Source of the DNA: an uncultured Clostridia bacterium
Lineage (GTDB): Bacteria > Bacillota > Clostridia > Christensenellales > UBA1242
Direction: 5' to 3'
DNA length: 64,000 nucleotides
Assembly: GCA_944372505.1 (NCBI GenBank)
Contig: CALVZK010000001.1
Location: 385,185 to 449,184 of the forward strand
The notes under the pieces: generated by a model
The model's database searches: none
Seen by the model: the letters and a program-made list of their open reading frames with translations, nothing else
Told to the model about the DNA's origin: nothing
Program-made: the position numbers and the translations under genes
Shown: piece after piece, positions 48,546-59,000 of the stretch
Layout: every line of letters starts with the position of its first letter
Position numbering within the stretch: position 1 is the stretch's first letter

Positions 48546-49160
48546 TTAAATTTCTTCTACGCTTTTGCCACGACGTCTTGCTATTTCTTCTTTAGTCTTA
48601 AGATTTAATAAACCTTCCATTGTAGCCTTAACGCAGTTAATTTTGTTTGAAGAACCATGTCTTTTTGTAACAATGTTCTTAATTCCAGCAAGTTCAATAA
48701 CAGCACGAGCAGAACCTCCGGCAATAACTCCTGTACCTTCTGGAGCAGGTAACATTAAAATAGATGTTGCAGAGAATTTACCGATAGTTTCGTGTGGAAT
48801 ACTATTATTTACTATAGGAATATTTTTCATATTTTTCTTTGCAATAGTAGTTGCTTTTTCAATAGCAGAACTTACTTCTTTACTTTTGCCTATTCCAAGT
48901 CCAACTCTACCTTTTCCGTCTCCAACAACTACAAGTGCTGAAAAACGTAAAGTTCTACCACCTTTAACAACCTTTGTAACTCTTCTAACAGAAACAACCT
49001 TTTTTTCGAATTCGCTTGCTTCTTTTTTTGGAGTTCTATCTTTTCTGTCAGGTCTTTTTGCTGATGCGCTTGGTCTTTTAGATTTTGGAGCTTCGCCATT
49101 TTTAACAGAAGCATCTTCTGCAACAGCGTTCTCTACCATAACTTCTTCGTTTTCTGCCAT
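48546..49160 (-). CDS. rpsE: 30S ribosomal protein S5 (with an N-terminal extension of about 40 aa)
   Basis: [24 protein letters not shown] core; acidic/basic extension before it. Confidence 0.93.
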   Translation of the reverse strand: MAENEEVMVENAVAEDASVKNGEAPKSKRPSASAKRPDRKDRTPKKEASEFEKKVVSVRRVTKVVKGGRTLRFSALVVVGDGKGRVGLGIGKSKEVSSAIEKATTIAKKNMKNIPIVNNSIPHETIGKFSATSILMLPAPEGTGVIAGGSARAVIELAGIKNIVTKRHGSSNKINCVKATMEGLLNLKTKEEIARRRGKSVEEI

Positions 49161-49169
49161 GTTTTCCTC

Positions 49170-49538
49170 CTAAAATTTAAGTCCAGCTTCTCTGGCACCA
49201 TCAGCCAAAGCCTGAACACGCCCTATATAGATATAACCGCCTCTATCAAAAACAACTTCACTAATTTTTTTCTTAAGAGCACGTTTTGCAATTTCTTGTC
49301 CTACAATCTTTGCTTGTTCACTCTTAGATTTGCCTTTGCAAAGTTTTTGAATATCGCTTTCAATAGTAGAAGCAGATACAATTGTAGTTCCTTTAGTGTC
49401 ATCAATAATTTGAGCGTAAATTTGACTTAAACTTCTGTAAACACAAAGACGAGGTCTTTCTGTTGTTCCAGAAATTTTTCTTCTAACTCTTTTATGACGA
49501 ACTTGTCTTTCTTGATTTTTGTCAATTTTGTTAATCAT
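49170..49538 (-). CDS. rplR: 50S ribosomal protein L18
   Basis: [20 protein letters not shown] and [26 protein letters not shown]. Confidence 0.95.
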   Translation of the reverse strand: MINKIDKNQERQVRHKRVRRKISGTTERPRLCVYRSLSQIYAQIIDDTKGTTIVSASTIESDIQKLCKGKSKSEQAKIVGQEIAKRALKKKISEVVFDRGGYIYIGRVQALADGAREAGLKF

Positions 49539-49549
49539 ATGAGCCTCTC

Positions 49550-50098
49550 CTATTTTTTACCTTTACCGGCTGTTTTTCCGACTTTTCTTATTACTACCTG
49601 ATCTGAATATCTTATTCCATATCCATGATATGGTTCAACAGGTCTAATGTCTTTAATATTTGATGCAAATTGTCCAACTTTTTGTCTATCAATACCAGAA
49701 ATTCTAATTTCTGTAACACTTGGACAAACAACTTCAATATCACTAGGAATTTCAACATCTACAAGATGAGAAAAACCAAGGTTCATGGTAAGCTTTTTAC
49801 CGCTAACACTTGCTTTATAACCTACACCAGAGATAAGCAATGTTTTTGTAAAGCCTTCGCTAACTCCTTTAACCATATTATTAGCAAGTGCTCTATAAAG
49901 ACCATGTTTAGCGTTTGATGATGGTGTTTCTTTAGCTATAATAAATGCTAAATTTTGTCCATCAATTTTAGGTTCTATTACACTATCGATAACTTGTGAT
50001 AAAGTACCTTTAGGTCCTGAAATAGTTAAAACTTGATTTTCAAATTTTGCTGATACGCCGTTAGGCATAACAATTAACTCTTTACCTATTCTAGACAT
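49550..50098 (-). CDS. rplF: 50S ribosomal protein L6
   Basis: The true start is MSRIGKELI at 50098; the ORF track over-extends into rpsH. Confidence 0.93.
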   Translation of the reverse strand: MSRIGKELIVMPNGVSAKFENQVLTISGPKGTLSQVIDSVIEPKIDGQNLAFIIAKETPSSNAKHGLYRALANNMVKGVSEGFTKTLLISGVGYKASVSGKKLTMNLGFSHLVDVEIPSDIEVVCPSVTEIRISGIDRQKVGQFASNIKDIRPVEPYHGYGIRYSDQVVIRKVGKTAGKGKK

Positions 50099-50108
50099 AA
50101 TCCCCTCC

Positions 50109-50507
50109 TTACCATACATAAGCGAGAACTTCGCCACCAACACCAAGTTTTCTTGCTTCTTTATCAGTAACAATACCCTTGTTAGTTGAAATGATAGCAA
50201 TTCCAAGTCCGCTTATAACTTTTGGAAGTTTATCTTTTTGTGCGTAAATACGAAGCCCAGGTTTAGAAACTCTTTTAAGACCTTGTATAACACTATCGCC
50301 ACTTTCGTCATATTTTAAAGAAACAATAATATTTTTATGTCCACCATTTTCAACTTCTTCAAAATTAGATATATAGCCTTCATCAAGAAGGATTTTAGCA
50401 ATAGCTCTTTTCTCGTTTGAAGCAGGGATGCTTACACTGTCATGCTTAACTTTAGTAGCATTACGAATTCTTGTGAGCATATCTGCAATTGGATCTGTAA
50501 CTAACAT
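50109..50507 (-). CDS. rpsH: 30S ribosomal protein S8
   Basis: [14 protein letters not shown]-terminus. Confidence 0.95.
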   Translation of the reverse strand: MLVTDPIADMLTRIRNATKVKHDSVSIPASNEKRAIAKILLDEGYISNFEEVENGGHKNIIVSLKYDESGDSVIQGLKRVSKPGLRIYAQKDKLPKVISGLGIAIISTNKGIVTDKEARKLGVGGEVLAYVW

Positions 50508-50522
50508 AATTTTCCTCCTATT

Positions 50523-50708
50523 TTACCAGCTAGATTTTCTAACACCAGGGATTTCACCTTTGTTAGCAAGTTCACGGAAGCAAACTCTGCAGATACCATA
50601 TTTTCTTAAAACTGCATGAGGTCTTCCACAAAGTGAACATCTTGTGTACTCACGGGTTTTATACTTTTGTGTTCTTTTTTGTTTTTCAACTAATGCTTTT
50701 CTTGCCAT
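50523..50708 (-). CDS. rpsN: 30S ribosomal protein S14 type Z
   Basis: 61 aa with CSLCGRP...CRVC zinc motif. Confidence 0.95.
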   Translation of the reverse strand: MARKALVEKQKRTQKYKTREYTRCSLCGRPHAVLRKYGICRVCFRELANKGEIPGVRKSSW

Positions 50709-50719
50709 AATTATATCTC

Positions 50720-51259
50720 CTATTTAGCGAAAGGCAAACCAAGTGCCTTGAGTAGTGATTTTGCTTCTTCATCAGTCTTAGCGCTAGTAACAAAAGTAAT
50801 ATCAAAACCTCTGATTTTTTCGACTTTTTCATAAACAATTTCAGGGAAAATAAGTTGTTCTTTAATTCCCATAGAATAATTGCCTCGTCCATCAAAAGAC
50901 TTTTCATTTATTCCTCTAAAGTCTCTAACTTTAGGAAGAGCAATAGCAGTAAGTTTATCAAAGAACTCATACATTCTTTCTCCTCTTAAAGTAACTTTAG
51001 CACCAATTTTTTGTCCTTCTCTTAAAGCGAAGTTAGAAATTGATTTTTTAGCAGTAGTTACAACTGGTTTTTGTCCAGATATAACAGCAAGTTCTTCAAC
51101 AGCGATGTTGAAACTTTTAGAATTTCCTTTTACTTCGCCAAGTCCCATATTGAGAACAATTTTTTCAAGTTTAGGAACTTCATTAATATTTTTATAACCA
51201 AATTCTTTAATAAGAGCAGGAACAACTTCTGTTTTGTATTTTTCCAAAATTCTATTCAT
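50720..51259 (-). CDS. rplE: 50S ribosomal protein L5
   Basis: [14 protein letters not shown] and [19 protein letters not shown]. Confidence 0.95.
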   Translation of the reverse strand: MNRILEKYKTEVVPALIKEFGYKNINEVPKLEKIVLNMGLGEVKGNSKSFNIAVEELAVISGQKPVVTTAKKSISNFALREGQKIGAKVTLRGERMYEFFDKLTAIALPKVRDFRGINEKSFDGRGNYSMGIKEQLIFPEIVYEKVEKIRGFDITFVTSAKTDEEAKSLLKALGLPFAK

Positions 51260-51267
51260 AATTACTC

Positions 51268-51933
51268 CTATTTAGTTTCTTTCTTTGCTGTTGTCGACTT
51301 TTTTGTAGTTTTTGGAGCTGTTGCTCCTTCTTTTGTTGATTTTGTAGTAGCAGTTTTTGTAGTAGAAGATTTCTTTGCAGTTGAAGTTTTAGTCCCTTCT
51401 GCTTTTGCTGTTGTAGATTTTGAAGTTGTTTTCTTTTCGCCTTCTACTTTAGTTGATTTAGCAGTTGTTTTAACAGGTGCTTTTTTAACTTCTTCTTTTA
51501 CTTCAGTTTTCTCTACTTTTTCTTCTGCTGAAGTTTTTTTGCTAGCAACTTTAAAAGATGAACCTTTAATATCTGCAGCTTTAATTGCTTTTTTTGCTTC
51601 TTTTTTAGTTTGTTTTACGAATTCTTTATCAAGAGAAGCTCCACACTTTTTGCAAATTCTAACTTTTTTGCCATTTACTTCACCATGTGCCACTCTTGTT
51701 GCTTTTCCACAAACTGGACAAACAACCATTACATTTGATGCTTCAATAGGAGCATTTTTTCTAATAATTCCGCCCTTATCATTTTGTGATTTAGGTTTTT
51801 GATGTTTTGATACCATATTGATATTTTCAACAAGAACTTTGCCGTCAACAATTCCAGTAACTTTTCCAGTTTTGCCTTTATCTTTTCCAGCAATAATCAA
51901 TACTGTATCTCCGCTTTTAACTGTCATTTTCAT
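51268..51933 (-). CDS. rplX: 50S ribosomal protein L24 with zinc ribbon and a long K/T/A/S-rich C-terminal tail
   Basis: The KOW core ([19 protein letters not shown]) ends near aa 103; CPVC...CKKC at aa 72-97; 221 aa in total against roughly 103 aa in Bacillus subtilis. Confidence 0.9.
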   Translation of the reverse strand: MKMTVKSGDTVLIIAGKDKGKTGKVTGIVDGKVLVENINMVSKHQKPKSQNDKGGIIRKNAPIEASNVMVVCPVCGKATRVAHGEVNGKKVRICKKCGASLDKEFVKQTKKEAKKAIKAADIKGSSFKVASKKTSAEEKVEKTEVKEEVKKAPVKTTAKSTKVEGEKKTTSKSTTAKAEGTKTSTAKKSSTTKTATTKSTKEGATAPKTTKKSTTAKKETK

Positions 51934-51947
51934 AAGTATCGCTCCTT

Positions 51948-52316
51948 TTAAACAACATCTGGTGCAAGAGATATGATTTTCATATATCCCTTATCACGAA
52001 GTTCTCTTGCTATAGGTCCAAATACACGAGTTCCTTTTGGTTGTTTTTGGTTATCAATAATAACAGCAGCGTTATCGTCAAATCTTATATGAGAACCATC
52101 TTGTCTGCGAAGTCCTTTAGAAGAACGAACAATAACTGCTTTAACAACATCACCTTTTTTAACAGTTCCGCCAGGGATAGCCTTTTTAACAGAAGCAACT
52201 ATAACATCACCGATATTACCACTTCTTCTGAAAGAACCACCAAGAACTCTAATACACATAATTTCTTTAGCGCCTGTATTATCGGCAACTTTTAATCTTG
52301 TTTGAGGTTGTATCAT
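51948..52316 (-). CDS. rplN: 50S ribosomal protein L14
   Basis: [18 protein letters not shown] start. Confidence 0.95.
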   Translation of the reverse strand: MIQPQTRLKVADNTGAKEIMCIRVLGGSFRRSGNIGDVIVASVKKAIPGGTVKKGDVVKAVIVRSSKGLRRQDGSHIRFDDNAAVIIDNQKQPKGTRVFGPIARELRDKGYMKIISLAPDVV

Positions 52317-52327
52317 ATCTTTCCTCC

Positions 52328-52591
52328 TTACTTCGCTTTCTCAACGATTTCAACAACACGGAAGTGCTTGTCTTTACTTAATGGTCTAGTTTCCATTATG
52401 CGAACAGTATCGCCAATTCCACATTGATTGAGTTCGTCATGAGCCTTGAACTTCTTGGATCTTTGTACGACTTTTTTATAAATTGGACTTTTAACTCTGG
52501 AAACGACTTTAACAACAACTGTTTTGTCCATTTTTCCAGCACTAACAACCACGCCTTGACGAGTGATTCTTGAGTTTCTACTTGTTTCCAT
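52328..52591 (-). CDS. rpsQ: 30S ribosomal protein S17
   Basis: [17 protein letters not shown] and KFKAHDE motifs. Confidence 0.93.
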   Translation of the reverse strand: METSRNSRITRQGVVVSAGKMDKTVVVKVVSRVKSPIYKKVVQRSKKFKAHDELNQCGIGDTVRIMETRPLSKDKHFRVVEIVEKAK

Positions 52592-52796
52592 CGTTTCCTC
52601 CTTTTGCTTCTAATTCTTTTTCTCTAAGAATTGTCTTAACCCTTGCAATATCTTTTTTAACATTATGAAGTGCCATAGGATTTGCAAGTGATCTAGTAGC
52701 ATGAGAGAAACGAAGATTGAATAATTCACTATTAAGTTCCTTGAGTTTAGCATTCAACTCAGCAACTGATAGATATTTAATTTCACTAATTTTCAT
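52578..52796 (-). CDS. rpmC: 50S ribosomal protein L29
   Basis: 72 aa, ELFNLRF motif; operon position. Confidence 0.9.
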   Translation of the reverse strand: MKISEIKYLSVAELNAKLKELNSELFNLRFSHATRSLANPMALHNVKKDIARVKTILREKELEAKGGNDGNK

Positions 52797-53226
52797 CTTT
52801 CACACCACCTTTTGCTAAATCTTCTTTCTTTACAAATTTAACTTTGCAAGGAAGTTTGTGTCCAGCAAGTCTGAATGCTTCTTTTGCAACTTCTTCACTT
52901 ACCCCTTCAAGTTCAAAAAGCACTCTGCCTGGCTTAACAACAGCAACCCAGAATTCAGGAGAACCTTTACCAGAACCCATACGAGTTTCAGCAGGTTTCT
53001 TTGTAACAGGTTTATCAGGGAATATTTTAATCCAAACTTTACCATAACGCTTTGTATATCTAGTTAAAGCAATTCTGGCAGCTTCGATTTGATTAGATTT
53101 AATCCAGCAAGGCTCTGTAGCAATCATGCCATAAGAACCATAAGTAATTGTGTTCCCTCTTGTAGCTTTTCCTGTCATTCTGCCTCTAAAAACTTTTCTT
53201 CTTTTAACTCTTTTAGGCATTAACAT
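52786..53226 (-). CDS. rplP: 50S ribosomal protein L16
   Basis: [17 protein letters not shown] start. Confidence 0.95.
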   Translation of the reverse strand: MLMPKRVKRRKVFRGRMTGKATRGNTITYGSYGMIATEPCWIKSNQIEAARIALTRYTKRYGKVWIKIFPDKPVTKKPAETRMGSGKGSPEFWVAVVKPGRVLFELEGVSEEVAKEAFRLAGHKLPCKVKFVKKEDLAKGGVKDEN

Positions 53227-53897
53227 TACTTTGCTCCTCCTTTTGTATCTGCTGACTTGCTTGTGAGGATTTCACCTTTATAAATCCAGCATTTTACACC
53301 AATTTTACCAATAAGTGTGTATGCTGCGGATTCACCATAATCAATATCTGCTCTTAAAGTATGAAGAGGAACTGAACCTCTAAATTGTTTTTCAGTTTGA
53401 GCCTTCTCGTTAGCTTTAGCAAGCACTCCGCTAACTTGAACTTTACAGCCTTTTGCTCCAGCCTTCATAACTTTTTCAACTGCTTGTTTTAATGCTCTTT
53501 TAGCAGCAACACGTTTTTCAAGTTGTGCTGCAATCGAGTCAGCAACAAGTTGAGCATCAAGATCAGGTTTTTTAATTTCTTTAACATTTACGATTAAAAG
53601 TTTAACAGGTCTTGAAAGAGATTGTATATCTTTCTTAACAGCTTCAATACCAGCACCTTTAGTTCCAATAATCATACCAGGTTTAGAAGTGAAAATATTA
53701 ACAACTAATTTACCTTCTGTTCTTTCAATAGTAATGTTAGAAATTGAACATGCTTTGTATTTTTTGTGCAACATATTTTTGATGTCTTGGTCTTCTTTGA
53801 GGTTCGCTGCAAAAGTTTTCTTATCAGCATACCAAGTAGAATTCCAATCTTTATTGATGCCTATTCTAAGTCCTATTGGACTAACTTTTTGTCCCAT
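53226..53897 (-). CDS. rpsC: 30S ribosomal protein S3
   Basis: [13 protein letters not shown] start and KH domain. Confidence 0.95.
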   Translation of the reverse strand: MGQKVSPIGLRIGINKDWNSTWYADKKTFAANLKEDQDIKNMLHKKYKACSISNITIERTEGKLVVNIFTSKPGMIIGTKGAGIEAVKKDIQSLSRPVKLLIVNVKEIKKPDLDAQLVADSIAAQLEKRVAAKRALKQAVEKVMKAGAKGCKVQVSGVLAKANEKAQTEKQFRGSVPLHTLRADIDYGESAAYTLIGKIGVKCWIYKGEILTSKSADTKGGAK

Positions 53898-53898
53898 C

Positions 53899-54288
53899 TT
53901 AACCTCCTACCACTTCATCAAGCACAATTGTAATATGTGTAGTCTTTTTTTGTATAACGTTGCCAGAACCTTTAGCACGGCAAGACAATCTTTTAAATTG
54001 TGGACCGCTAGTAGCATATGCTTCGCTTACAAAAAGAGTATCAACATTTTTGCCCATATTGTTTTCAGCATTTGCTATAGCGCTTTTAAGAACTTTTAAA
54101 CTTTCAAAAGCACCTTTATTAGGCATACTTTCAAGTATAGCAACAGCCTCTTCTGCTTTCTTTCCACGAACAAGGTCTAAAATAGGTGAAACTTTAGATG
54201 AACTCATTCTAATGTATTTAGCAATAGCATAAGGTTTCTTAACTTTACTTGCTCTTTTTTCTGCTTTTTGTCTAATTCTTGTAGCCAT
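53899..54288 (-). CDS. rplV: 50S ribosomal protein L22
   Basis: KYIRMSSSKVSPILDLVRGK motif. Confidence 0.93.
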   Translation of the reverse strand: MATRIRQKAEKRASKVKKPYAIAKYIRMSSSKVSPILDLVRGKKAEEAVAILESMPNKGAFESLKVLKSAIANAENNMGKNVDTLFVSEAYATSGPQFKRLSCRAKGSGNVIQKKTTHITIVLDEVVGG

Positions 54289-54300
54289 CTCTTACCTCTC

Positions 54301-54588
54301 TTACTTTTTCTGTTTAGCAACATTAGCCGACTTTTTAGTATGTCCCTTATAAGTTCTAGTTGGAGAGAATTCTCCAAGTTTATGTCCTACCATATCTGCT
54401 GTACAGTAAACAGGGACATGTTTTTTACCATTATGCACAGCGAATGTAAATCCTACAAAATCAGGATAGATAGTAGACGCTCTTGACCAAGTCTTAATAG
54501 GTCTTTTAACACCAGACTCTTGCATCTGTGCAACTTTTTTAACTAAACTTGGATGAACGTAAGGCTTTTTCTTTGATGATCTGCTCAT
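54301..54588 (-). CDS. rpsS: 30S ribosomal protein S19
   Basis: [11 protein letters not shown] and [11 protein letters not shown] motifs. Confidence 0.95.
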   Translation of the reverse strand: MSRSSKKKPYVHPSLVKKVAQMQESGVKRPIKTWSRASTIYPDFVGFTFAVHNGKKHVPVYCTADMVGHKLGEFSPTRTYKGHTKKSANVAKQKK

Positions 54589-54599
54589 ATTCTTCTCTC

Positions 54600-55427
54600 C
54601 TAATTAATTCTCTTAACCATTAAACGGTTAGAACGATTTTTCTTCTTTCTTGTCTTGTATCCAAGAGCTGGTTTGTTCCATGGAGTTACAGGACTAGCCA
54701 TTCCTATTGGGCTCTTACCTTCACCACCACCGTGTTTGTGGTCGTTAGGGTTCATAGCAACACCTCTTACTGAAGGTCTAACACCCATATGTCTTTTTCT
54801 TCCTGCTTTACCAAGAGAAACAAGTTCATGATCAATGTTACCAACAGTTCCGATAGTTGCTCTGCAAGTTAATAATACTTTTCTCATTTCTCCACTTGGA
54901 AGACGTAAAGTTGCATACTTGCCTTCTTTAGCCATTAATTGAACTTCTGATCCAGCAGATCTTGCCATTTGACCACCTTTTTTAGGTTGAAGTTCAATAT
55001 TGTGAATAAGTGAACCTACAGGAATTGATGAAAGTGGAAGAGCGTTGCCGACTTTGATTTCAACATCACTACCACTCATAACTATATCGCCATCTTTGAG
55101 TCCATTAGGCGCAATGATATATCTCTTTTCTCCATCTGCATATGAAAGTAAAGCAATATAAGCACTTCTATTTGGATCATATTCAATACCAACAACTTTT
55201 GCAGGGATATTATCTTTATTACGCTTAAAGTCAATTACACGATATTTTTGTCTGTTCCCGCCACCTTGATGACGAACAGTAATTTTACCTTGAGCATTTC
55301 TTCCAGCATTTTTCTTTTTCTTTGCAAGAAGAGATTTCTCTGGAGTAAACTTTGTTACTTCTTCATAGGAAGAGGTTGTATAGAATCTTCTTCCAGCCGA
55401 AGTAGGTCTATGAATTTTGATTGCCAT
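54600..55427 (-). CDS. rplB: 50S ribosomal protein L2
   Basis: [15 protein letters not shown] and [12 protein letters not shown] motifs. Confidence 0.95.
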   Translation of the reverse strand: MAIKIHRPTSAGRRFYTTSSYEEVTKFTPEKSLLAKKKKNAGRNAQGKITVRHQGGGNRQKYRVIDFKRNKDNIPAKVVGIEYDPNRSAYIALLSYADGEKRYIIAPNGLKDGDIVMSGSDVEIKVGNALPLSSIPVGSLIHNIELQPKKGGQMARSAGSEVQLMAKEGKYATLRLPSGEMRKVLLTCRATIGTVGNIDHELVSLGKAGRKRHMGVRPSVRGVAMNPNDHKHGGGEGKSPIGMASPVTPWNKPALGYKTRKKKNRSNRLMVKRIN

Positions 55428-55444
55428 TGTTATCCCCTCCCTAA

Positions 55445-55747
55445 TTATGATAAGCTATCGAAGAATGCTATTGATTTTGAATCAGCGGTTAAGGTAACTA
55501 TTGCCTTTTTATAATCGCTAGTTTTCCCAACAGTTCTTCCAGCCTTTGTATTTTGAGTTTTTGTGTGGCCTTTAACAATACAAGTGTTAACTTTTGCAAC
55601 TTTAACGTTGAAAAGTTTTTCAACGGCCTTTTTAATTTCAATTTTGCCAGCATTGATATCTACAATGAAAGAGTAGATTTTATTCTGAATACCAGCATAA
55701 CTTTTCTCTGTGAGAAGTGGCTTTATAATGATTTTTTCTGCTTCCAT
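55445..55747 (-). CDS. rplW: 50S ribosomal protein L23
   Basis: [10 protein letters not shown] motif; operon position. Confidence 0.93.
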   Translation of the reverse strand: MEAEKIIIKPLLTEKSYAGIQNKIYSFIVDINAGKIEIKKAVEKLFNVKVAKVNTCIVKGHTKTQNTKAGRTVGKTSDYKKAIVTLTADSKSIAFFDSLS

Positions 55748-56373
55748 TATTCTTCGTACGCCTCCTCTATTTCTTTTATTGCTGATTGTGATAACACAAC
55801 AGTTTTATTTGCAACAACTTCATAAACATTTAAACTTGAAACTTCTTCAATATTAAATTTAGGAAGGTTTGCACTAGCAAGTTTGATATTTTTATCGTTT
55901 TTGTCATTAACAACTAAAACTGAACCATTAAATTTGAATGCATCTACGAATGCTTTAGCTTCTTTAGTTTTAGGAGAAGCAAATTCAAATTTATCAATCA
56001 CAACAACTTCACCATTTTTAAGTTTTGTGCTAAGAGCTGAAAGAAGTGCATATCTCTTCTTTTGCTTGTTAACTTTTTTAGAGAAATCTCTAGGCTTTGG
56101 AGCAAAAACAATTCCGCCACCCTTCCATTGTGGACCTTTTGTAGAACCTTGTCTAGCTCTGCCAGTACCTTTTTGACGCCAAGGTTTTTTAGCATGCCCC
56201 CTTACTTCACTTCTAGTCAAAGCAGATTTAGTTCCCTGTCTTTGATTTGCATTGTAAGCAACAATAACTTCATGAATTAAAGGTTCGTTGTATTCTACTG
56301 CAAAAAGGTCGTCATTTAAATTGATTTGACCAACTTCTTTGGCCTGCATATTGTAAACTTTAACTTTTGCCAT
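55747..56373 (-). CDS. rplD: 50S ribosomal protein L4
   Basis: [16 protein letters not shown] motif. Confidence 0.95.
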   Translation of the reverse strand: MAKVKVYNMQAKEVGQINLNDDLFAVEYNEPLIHEVIVAYNANQRQGTKSALTRSEVRGHAKKPWRQKGTGRARQGSTKGPQWKGGGIVFAPKPRDFSKKVNKQKKRYALLSALSTKLKNGEVVVIDKFEFASPKTKEAKAFVDAFKFNGSVLVVNDKNDKNIKLASANLPKFNIEEVSSLNVYEVVANKTVVLSQSAIKEIEEAYEE

Positions 56374-56384
56374 ATTAGTCTCCT

Positions 56385-57020
56385 TTAGTTGCCTTTAACT
56401 GCTTCACGGATTGTGATAACTGAACCTTTAGGACCAGGAATACAACCTTTAACTAGAAGAATATTTCTAGCAGCATCGACCTTAACGATTTCAAGATTTT
56501 GAATAGTAACTCTCTCTACACCATAATGTCCAGGCATATGTTTATTTTTGAAAACTCTTGAAGGAGTAGAGTTAGCACCCATAGAGCCGACTTCTCTATG
56601 AACAGGGCCTGTACCGTGAGTCATCTTAAGTCTGTGTTGATTCCATCTTTGGATAACACCAGTGAAACCACGACCACGAGTGGTGCCTGTTACATCCACT
56701 TTGTCTCCTTCGGTAAAGATATCAGCTTTGATTTCTCCACCAAGAGAATATTCGTTTGCATTTTCAAGTTTTAACTCTTTTAAAACCTTGTAGCAATCAG
56801 TTCCGGCTTTTTTGAACGCGCCACTTAAAGGTTTGTTAACTCTTTGAGCCTTTTGTTTTTCAAATGCAACAACAACTGCACTATAGCCGTCTTTTTCGTC
56901 ATTCTTAATTTGAACGACAGGGCAAGGACCAGCCTCAACAACTGTAACTGGGATAACCGTGCCTTCTGGAGTGAAGACTTGAGTCATTCCAAGTTTTTTG
57001 CCTAAAATTGCTTTTTTCAT
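56385..57020 (-). CDS. rplC: 50S ribosomal protein L3
   Basis: ILGKKLGMTQVF and GRGFTGVIQRWN motifs. Confidence 0.95.
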   Translation of the reverse strand: MKKAILGKKLGMTQVFTPEGTVIPVTVVEAGPCPVVQIKNDEKDGYSAVVVAFEKQKAQRVNKPLSGAFKKAGTDCYKVLKELKLENANEYSLGGEIKADIFTEGDKVDVTGTTRGRGFTGVIQRWNQHRLKMTHGTGPVHREVGSMGANSTPSRVFKNKHMPGHYGVERVTIQNLEIVKVDAARNILLVKGCIPGPKGSVITIREAVKGN

Positions 57021-57039
57021 GATAATGTCTTCCTCCTAA

Positions 57040-57348
57040 TTAAAGTTTAATTTTGATATCAACTCCTGCAGGCAAATCAATTTTCATAAGAGCGTCAACT
57101 GCCTTTGCTGATGGAGAGTAAATATCAATAAGTCTTTTGTGAGTTCTAGACTCGAATTGTTCACGACTATCCTTATATATATGTGGTGAACGAATAACTG
57201 TAACCACTTCTTTATCAGTAGGAAGTGGAATAGGCCCAGCGACTTTAGCGCCGAACTTTTCAGCCGTATCGATGATTTTAGCGCAAGCTTCGTCGATAAG
57301 GCGATGTTCGAAGGCCTTCAATTTAATTCTAATAACTTGTGTTGCCAT
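57040..57348 (-). CDS. rpsJ: 30S ribosomal protein S10
   Basis: [14 protein letters not shown] start; first gene of the S10 operon. Confidence 0.95.
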   Translation of the reverse strand: MATQVIRIKLKAFEHRLIDEACAKIIDTAEKFGAKVAGPIPLPTDKEVVTVIRSPHIYKDSREQFESRTHKRLIDIYSPSAKAVDALMKIDLPAGVDIKIKL

Positions 57349-57583
57349 TAATTAATACCTCCTGTAATAGCAATTCTAACCATCACAAATTCCCTATTAA
57401 TAACACTAACAATGGAAATGTTCCTCACGGTACACCTGCCCATGTGTGTCACGCTGTAAGAGATTAAAAAATGTGATTTTATGGTTAGTCGCTCGCGGTC
57501 TAGTGCCACGAACTTGTCCGTGTAAATTCTCTTTGATTGCCGGTAACCAAAGTAACCTTACACTTCAACCCAAATTTCACAGC
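57349..57583 (-). promoter_or_regulatory. Long, GC-enriched structured 5-prime leader of the S10 operon
   Basis: About 235 nt between the predicted -10 and the rpsJ ATG. It is visibly richer in G+C than any other intergenic region here. Two helices were verified by hand (see findings). Confidence 0.55.
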
Positions 57584-57589
57584 TAAGTA

Positions 57590-57618
57590 ATAATACCACA
57601 ACAAAATCAATAAGTCAA
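57590..57618 (-). promoter_or_regulatory. S10-operon promoter TTGACT-N17-TATTAT with TG extension
   Basis: The reverse complement of 57581-57620 reads tgTTGACTtattgattttgttgTGgTATTATtact. Confidence 0.7.
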
Positions 57619-57702
57619 CAATAATTTAATATTTTAAAAATTTTTTTTCTGCTTAAATAAAAAATGAAAAAAATTAAATTTGAACTATAAAATTAATTAA
57701 AA

Positions 57703-57725
57703 AATAGCCATTGTAAATGACTATT
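57703..57725 (-). terminator. Terminator hairpin after the 285-aa gene
   Basis: aatagccat-tgtaa-atgactatt (one mismatch) followed by a U-run on the minus strand. Confidence 0.5.
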
Positions 57726-57757
57726 CTTTATTTTTGATTCATATAAAATATCAATTA

Positions 57758-58615
57758 TTATTCTATTTCGCCTTCTGTCTCACTACTAGCATTGTTAATA
57801 ATGTTTGTATATTGTGGCACACTTTCTTTTGTTATTGTTTCTATTCTTTCATACACTTCCCACTTTGCACGTCTTGCTTTCGCACCCCCAAGCAGCTCTA
57901 AATCATCACGAAGAGTATTCCCTACATTAGTAATTTGTCCATTTTCACCAAAACGCCAATCAACTTTAAAATATTTCTTTATAGTATCATATAGGTCTTT
58001 ATCTATTTTATAGCCGGCTGTAAAAATATATGGTTTATTATTATCATTGTATAAAGTACCAGCAATTTCAACAAAATAATCATCTCCTTCTTTAACTGGT
58101 ATTATAGCTGTATGTGTGAATTTTTGTCCATCTATACCTTGCTCAACATTTTGCTCTATACTTACTATATTCTTATTATATTGCATATTTTCAATTGGAG
58201 GTCTAACTAAATGATGTAAACCACCCAATACTCCAACAGCAATAGTGATAACTAAAGCCCCTACACCTATTCTAAACCAATTGTCTCCGTCAAACAAAAT
58301 ATCTTTAGCATTTTCTATCTTTTGATTAAAAATTTCTTTCTTTATATTTTTATATAATTCATCGTTTAAATCTTTTGGTAAATTAAACTTGTTAATAATT
58401 TGTTTAACCTCTGACATCTTAGGGTTTTGTTTTAATATTATATCTTTTACAAAACTTTCTTTTTCTTCTTCATTAGCATCAATAATTTGCCACATATCTT
58501 TACCTAATCCTAATTTAAAACATGTATATTTTAAAGATGTTGATAATTCATGATTTTTAAATTTGTTATCATTTGGAAAAATATCTTTGAAAAATTTCCT
58601 TAATTTCATAATCAT
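57758..58615 (-). CDS. Hypothetical single-pass membrane protein (285 aa)
   Basis: Central TM (WFRIGVGALVITIAVGVLGGL) and acidic C-terminus; no domain recognised. Confidence 0.6.
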   Translation of the reverse strand: MIMKLRKFFKDIFPNDNKFKNHELSTSLKYTCFKLGLGKDMWQIIDANEEEKESFVKDIILKQNPKMSEVKQIINKFNLPKDLNDELYKNIKKEIFNQKIENAKDILFDGDNWFRIGVGALVITIAVGVLGGLHHLVRPPIENMQYNKNIVSIEQNVEQGIDGQKFTHTAIIPVKEGDDYFVEIAGTLYNDNNKPYIFTAGYKIDKDLYDTIKKYFKVDWRFGENGQITNVGNTLRDDLELLGGAKARRAKWEVYERIETITKESVPQYTNIINNASSETEGEIE

Positions 58616-58742
58616 CTCTTAAACATCCATTGGTTATTATTGATTTAATGATTATAGTTGCATTATTTTTATTTTCAGATTCGTTAAGTAATTTATCTAA
58701 AATATCAGTTAAATGGCTAAAATTATAAGTTTGATTTATCAT
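58569..58742 (-). CDS. Possible small ORF (57 aa)
   Basis: Hand-translated MINQTYNFSHLTDILDKLLNESENKNNATIIIKSIITNGCLRDDYEIKEIFQRYFSK. The RBS is weak and it overlaps the 285-aa ORF start by 47 nt in another frame. Confidence 0.2.
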   Translation of the reverse strand: MINQTYNFSHLTDILDKLLNESENKNNATIIIKSIITNGCLRDDYEIKEIFQRYFSK

Positions 58743-58778
58743 ACCCTTTTGTAGAAATTTAACAATTAATTTCTTTCT

Positions 58779-58949
58779 TTAATTAACGTCTTTAACTAAT
58801 TTATCATTTAACAAGTATCTTTTAATTAACTCAACATTCTCTTCAGTTGTTAAAGAATAAAAATTTTCCTCCACATGCAACCAACCATATTTTTTTAAAG
58901 TTTTTATTCTATTCAAAAATATTTCTTCGGATTTAGCATCTATAGTCAT
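58779..58949 (-). CDS. Small hypothetical protein (56 aa)
   Basis: Hand-translated MTIDAKSEEIFLNRIKTLKKYGWLHVEENFYSLTTEENVELIKRYLLNDKLVKDVN. It has a GGAAGGAG RBS and a consensus promoter upstream. Confidence 0.5.
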   Translation of the reverse strand: MTIDAKSEEIFLNRIKTLKKYGWLHVEENFYSLTTEENVELIKRYLLNDKLVKDVN

Positions 58950-59000
58950 ACAACTCCTTCCAATTTAATTTTTTTAATTTATACCCCTTTCTCAATTGTT

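Noticed and set aside
48565-49173. 202-aa plus-strand ORF
   Set aside because: It lies entirely antisense to rpsE, and its low-complexity S/P/F/L-rich translation is typical of a shadow ORF. The same reasoning applies to 51071-51802 (antisense to rplX/rplE), 53689-54099, 53960-54232, 55883-56176, 52041-52295 and 46297-46623.
57426-57436. T-box-like sequence GGUGUACCGUG in the rpsJ leader
   Set aside because: It resembles the GGUGGUACCGCG core. However, it lacks the UGGN bulge context needed to pair with the tRNA NCCA end, has no following terminator/antiterminator pair, and sits in front of a ribosomal operon rather than an aminoacyl-tRNA-related gene.
57349-57600. Possibility that the GC-rich segment is a housekeeping ncRNA (SRP RNA, RNase P RNA, tmRNA or 6S)
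   Set aside because: I found no GGAA-capped domain-IV motif (CAGGUCCGGAAGGAAGCAGC-like), no GAGGAAAGUCC RNase P motif and no tRNA-like 3-prime end. The position and promoter geometry fit a 5-prime leader better.
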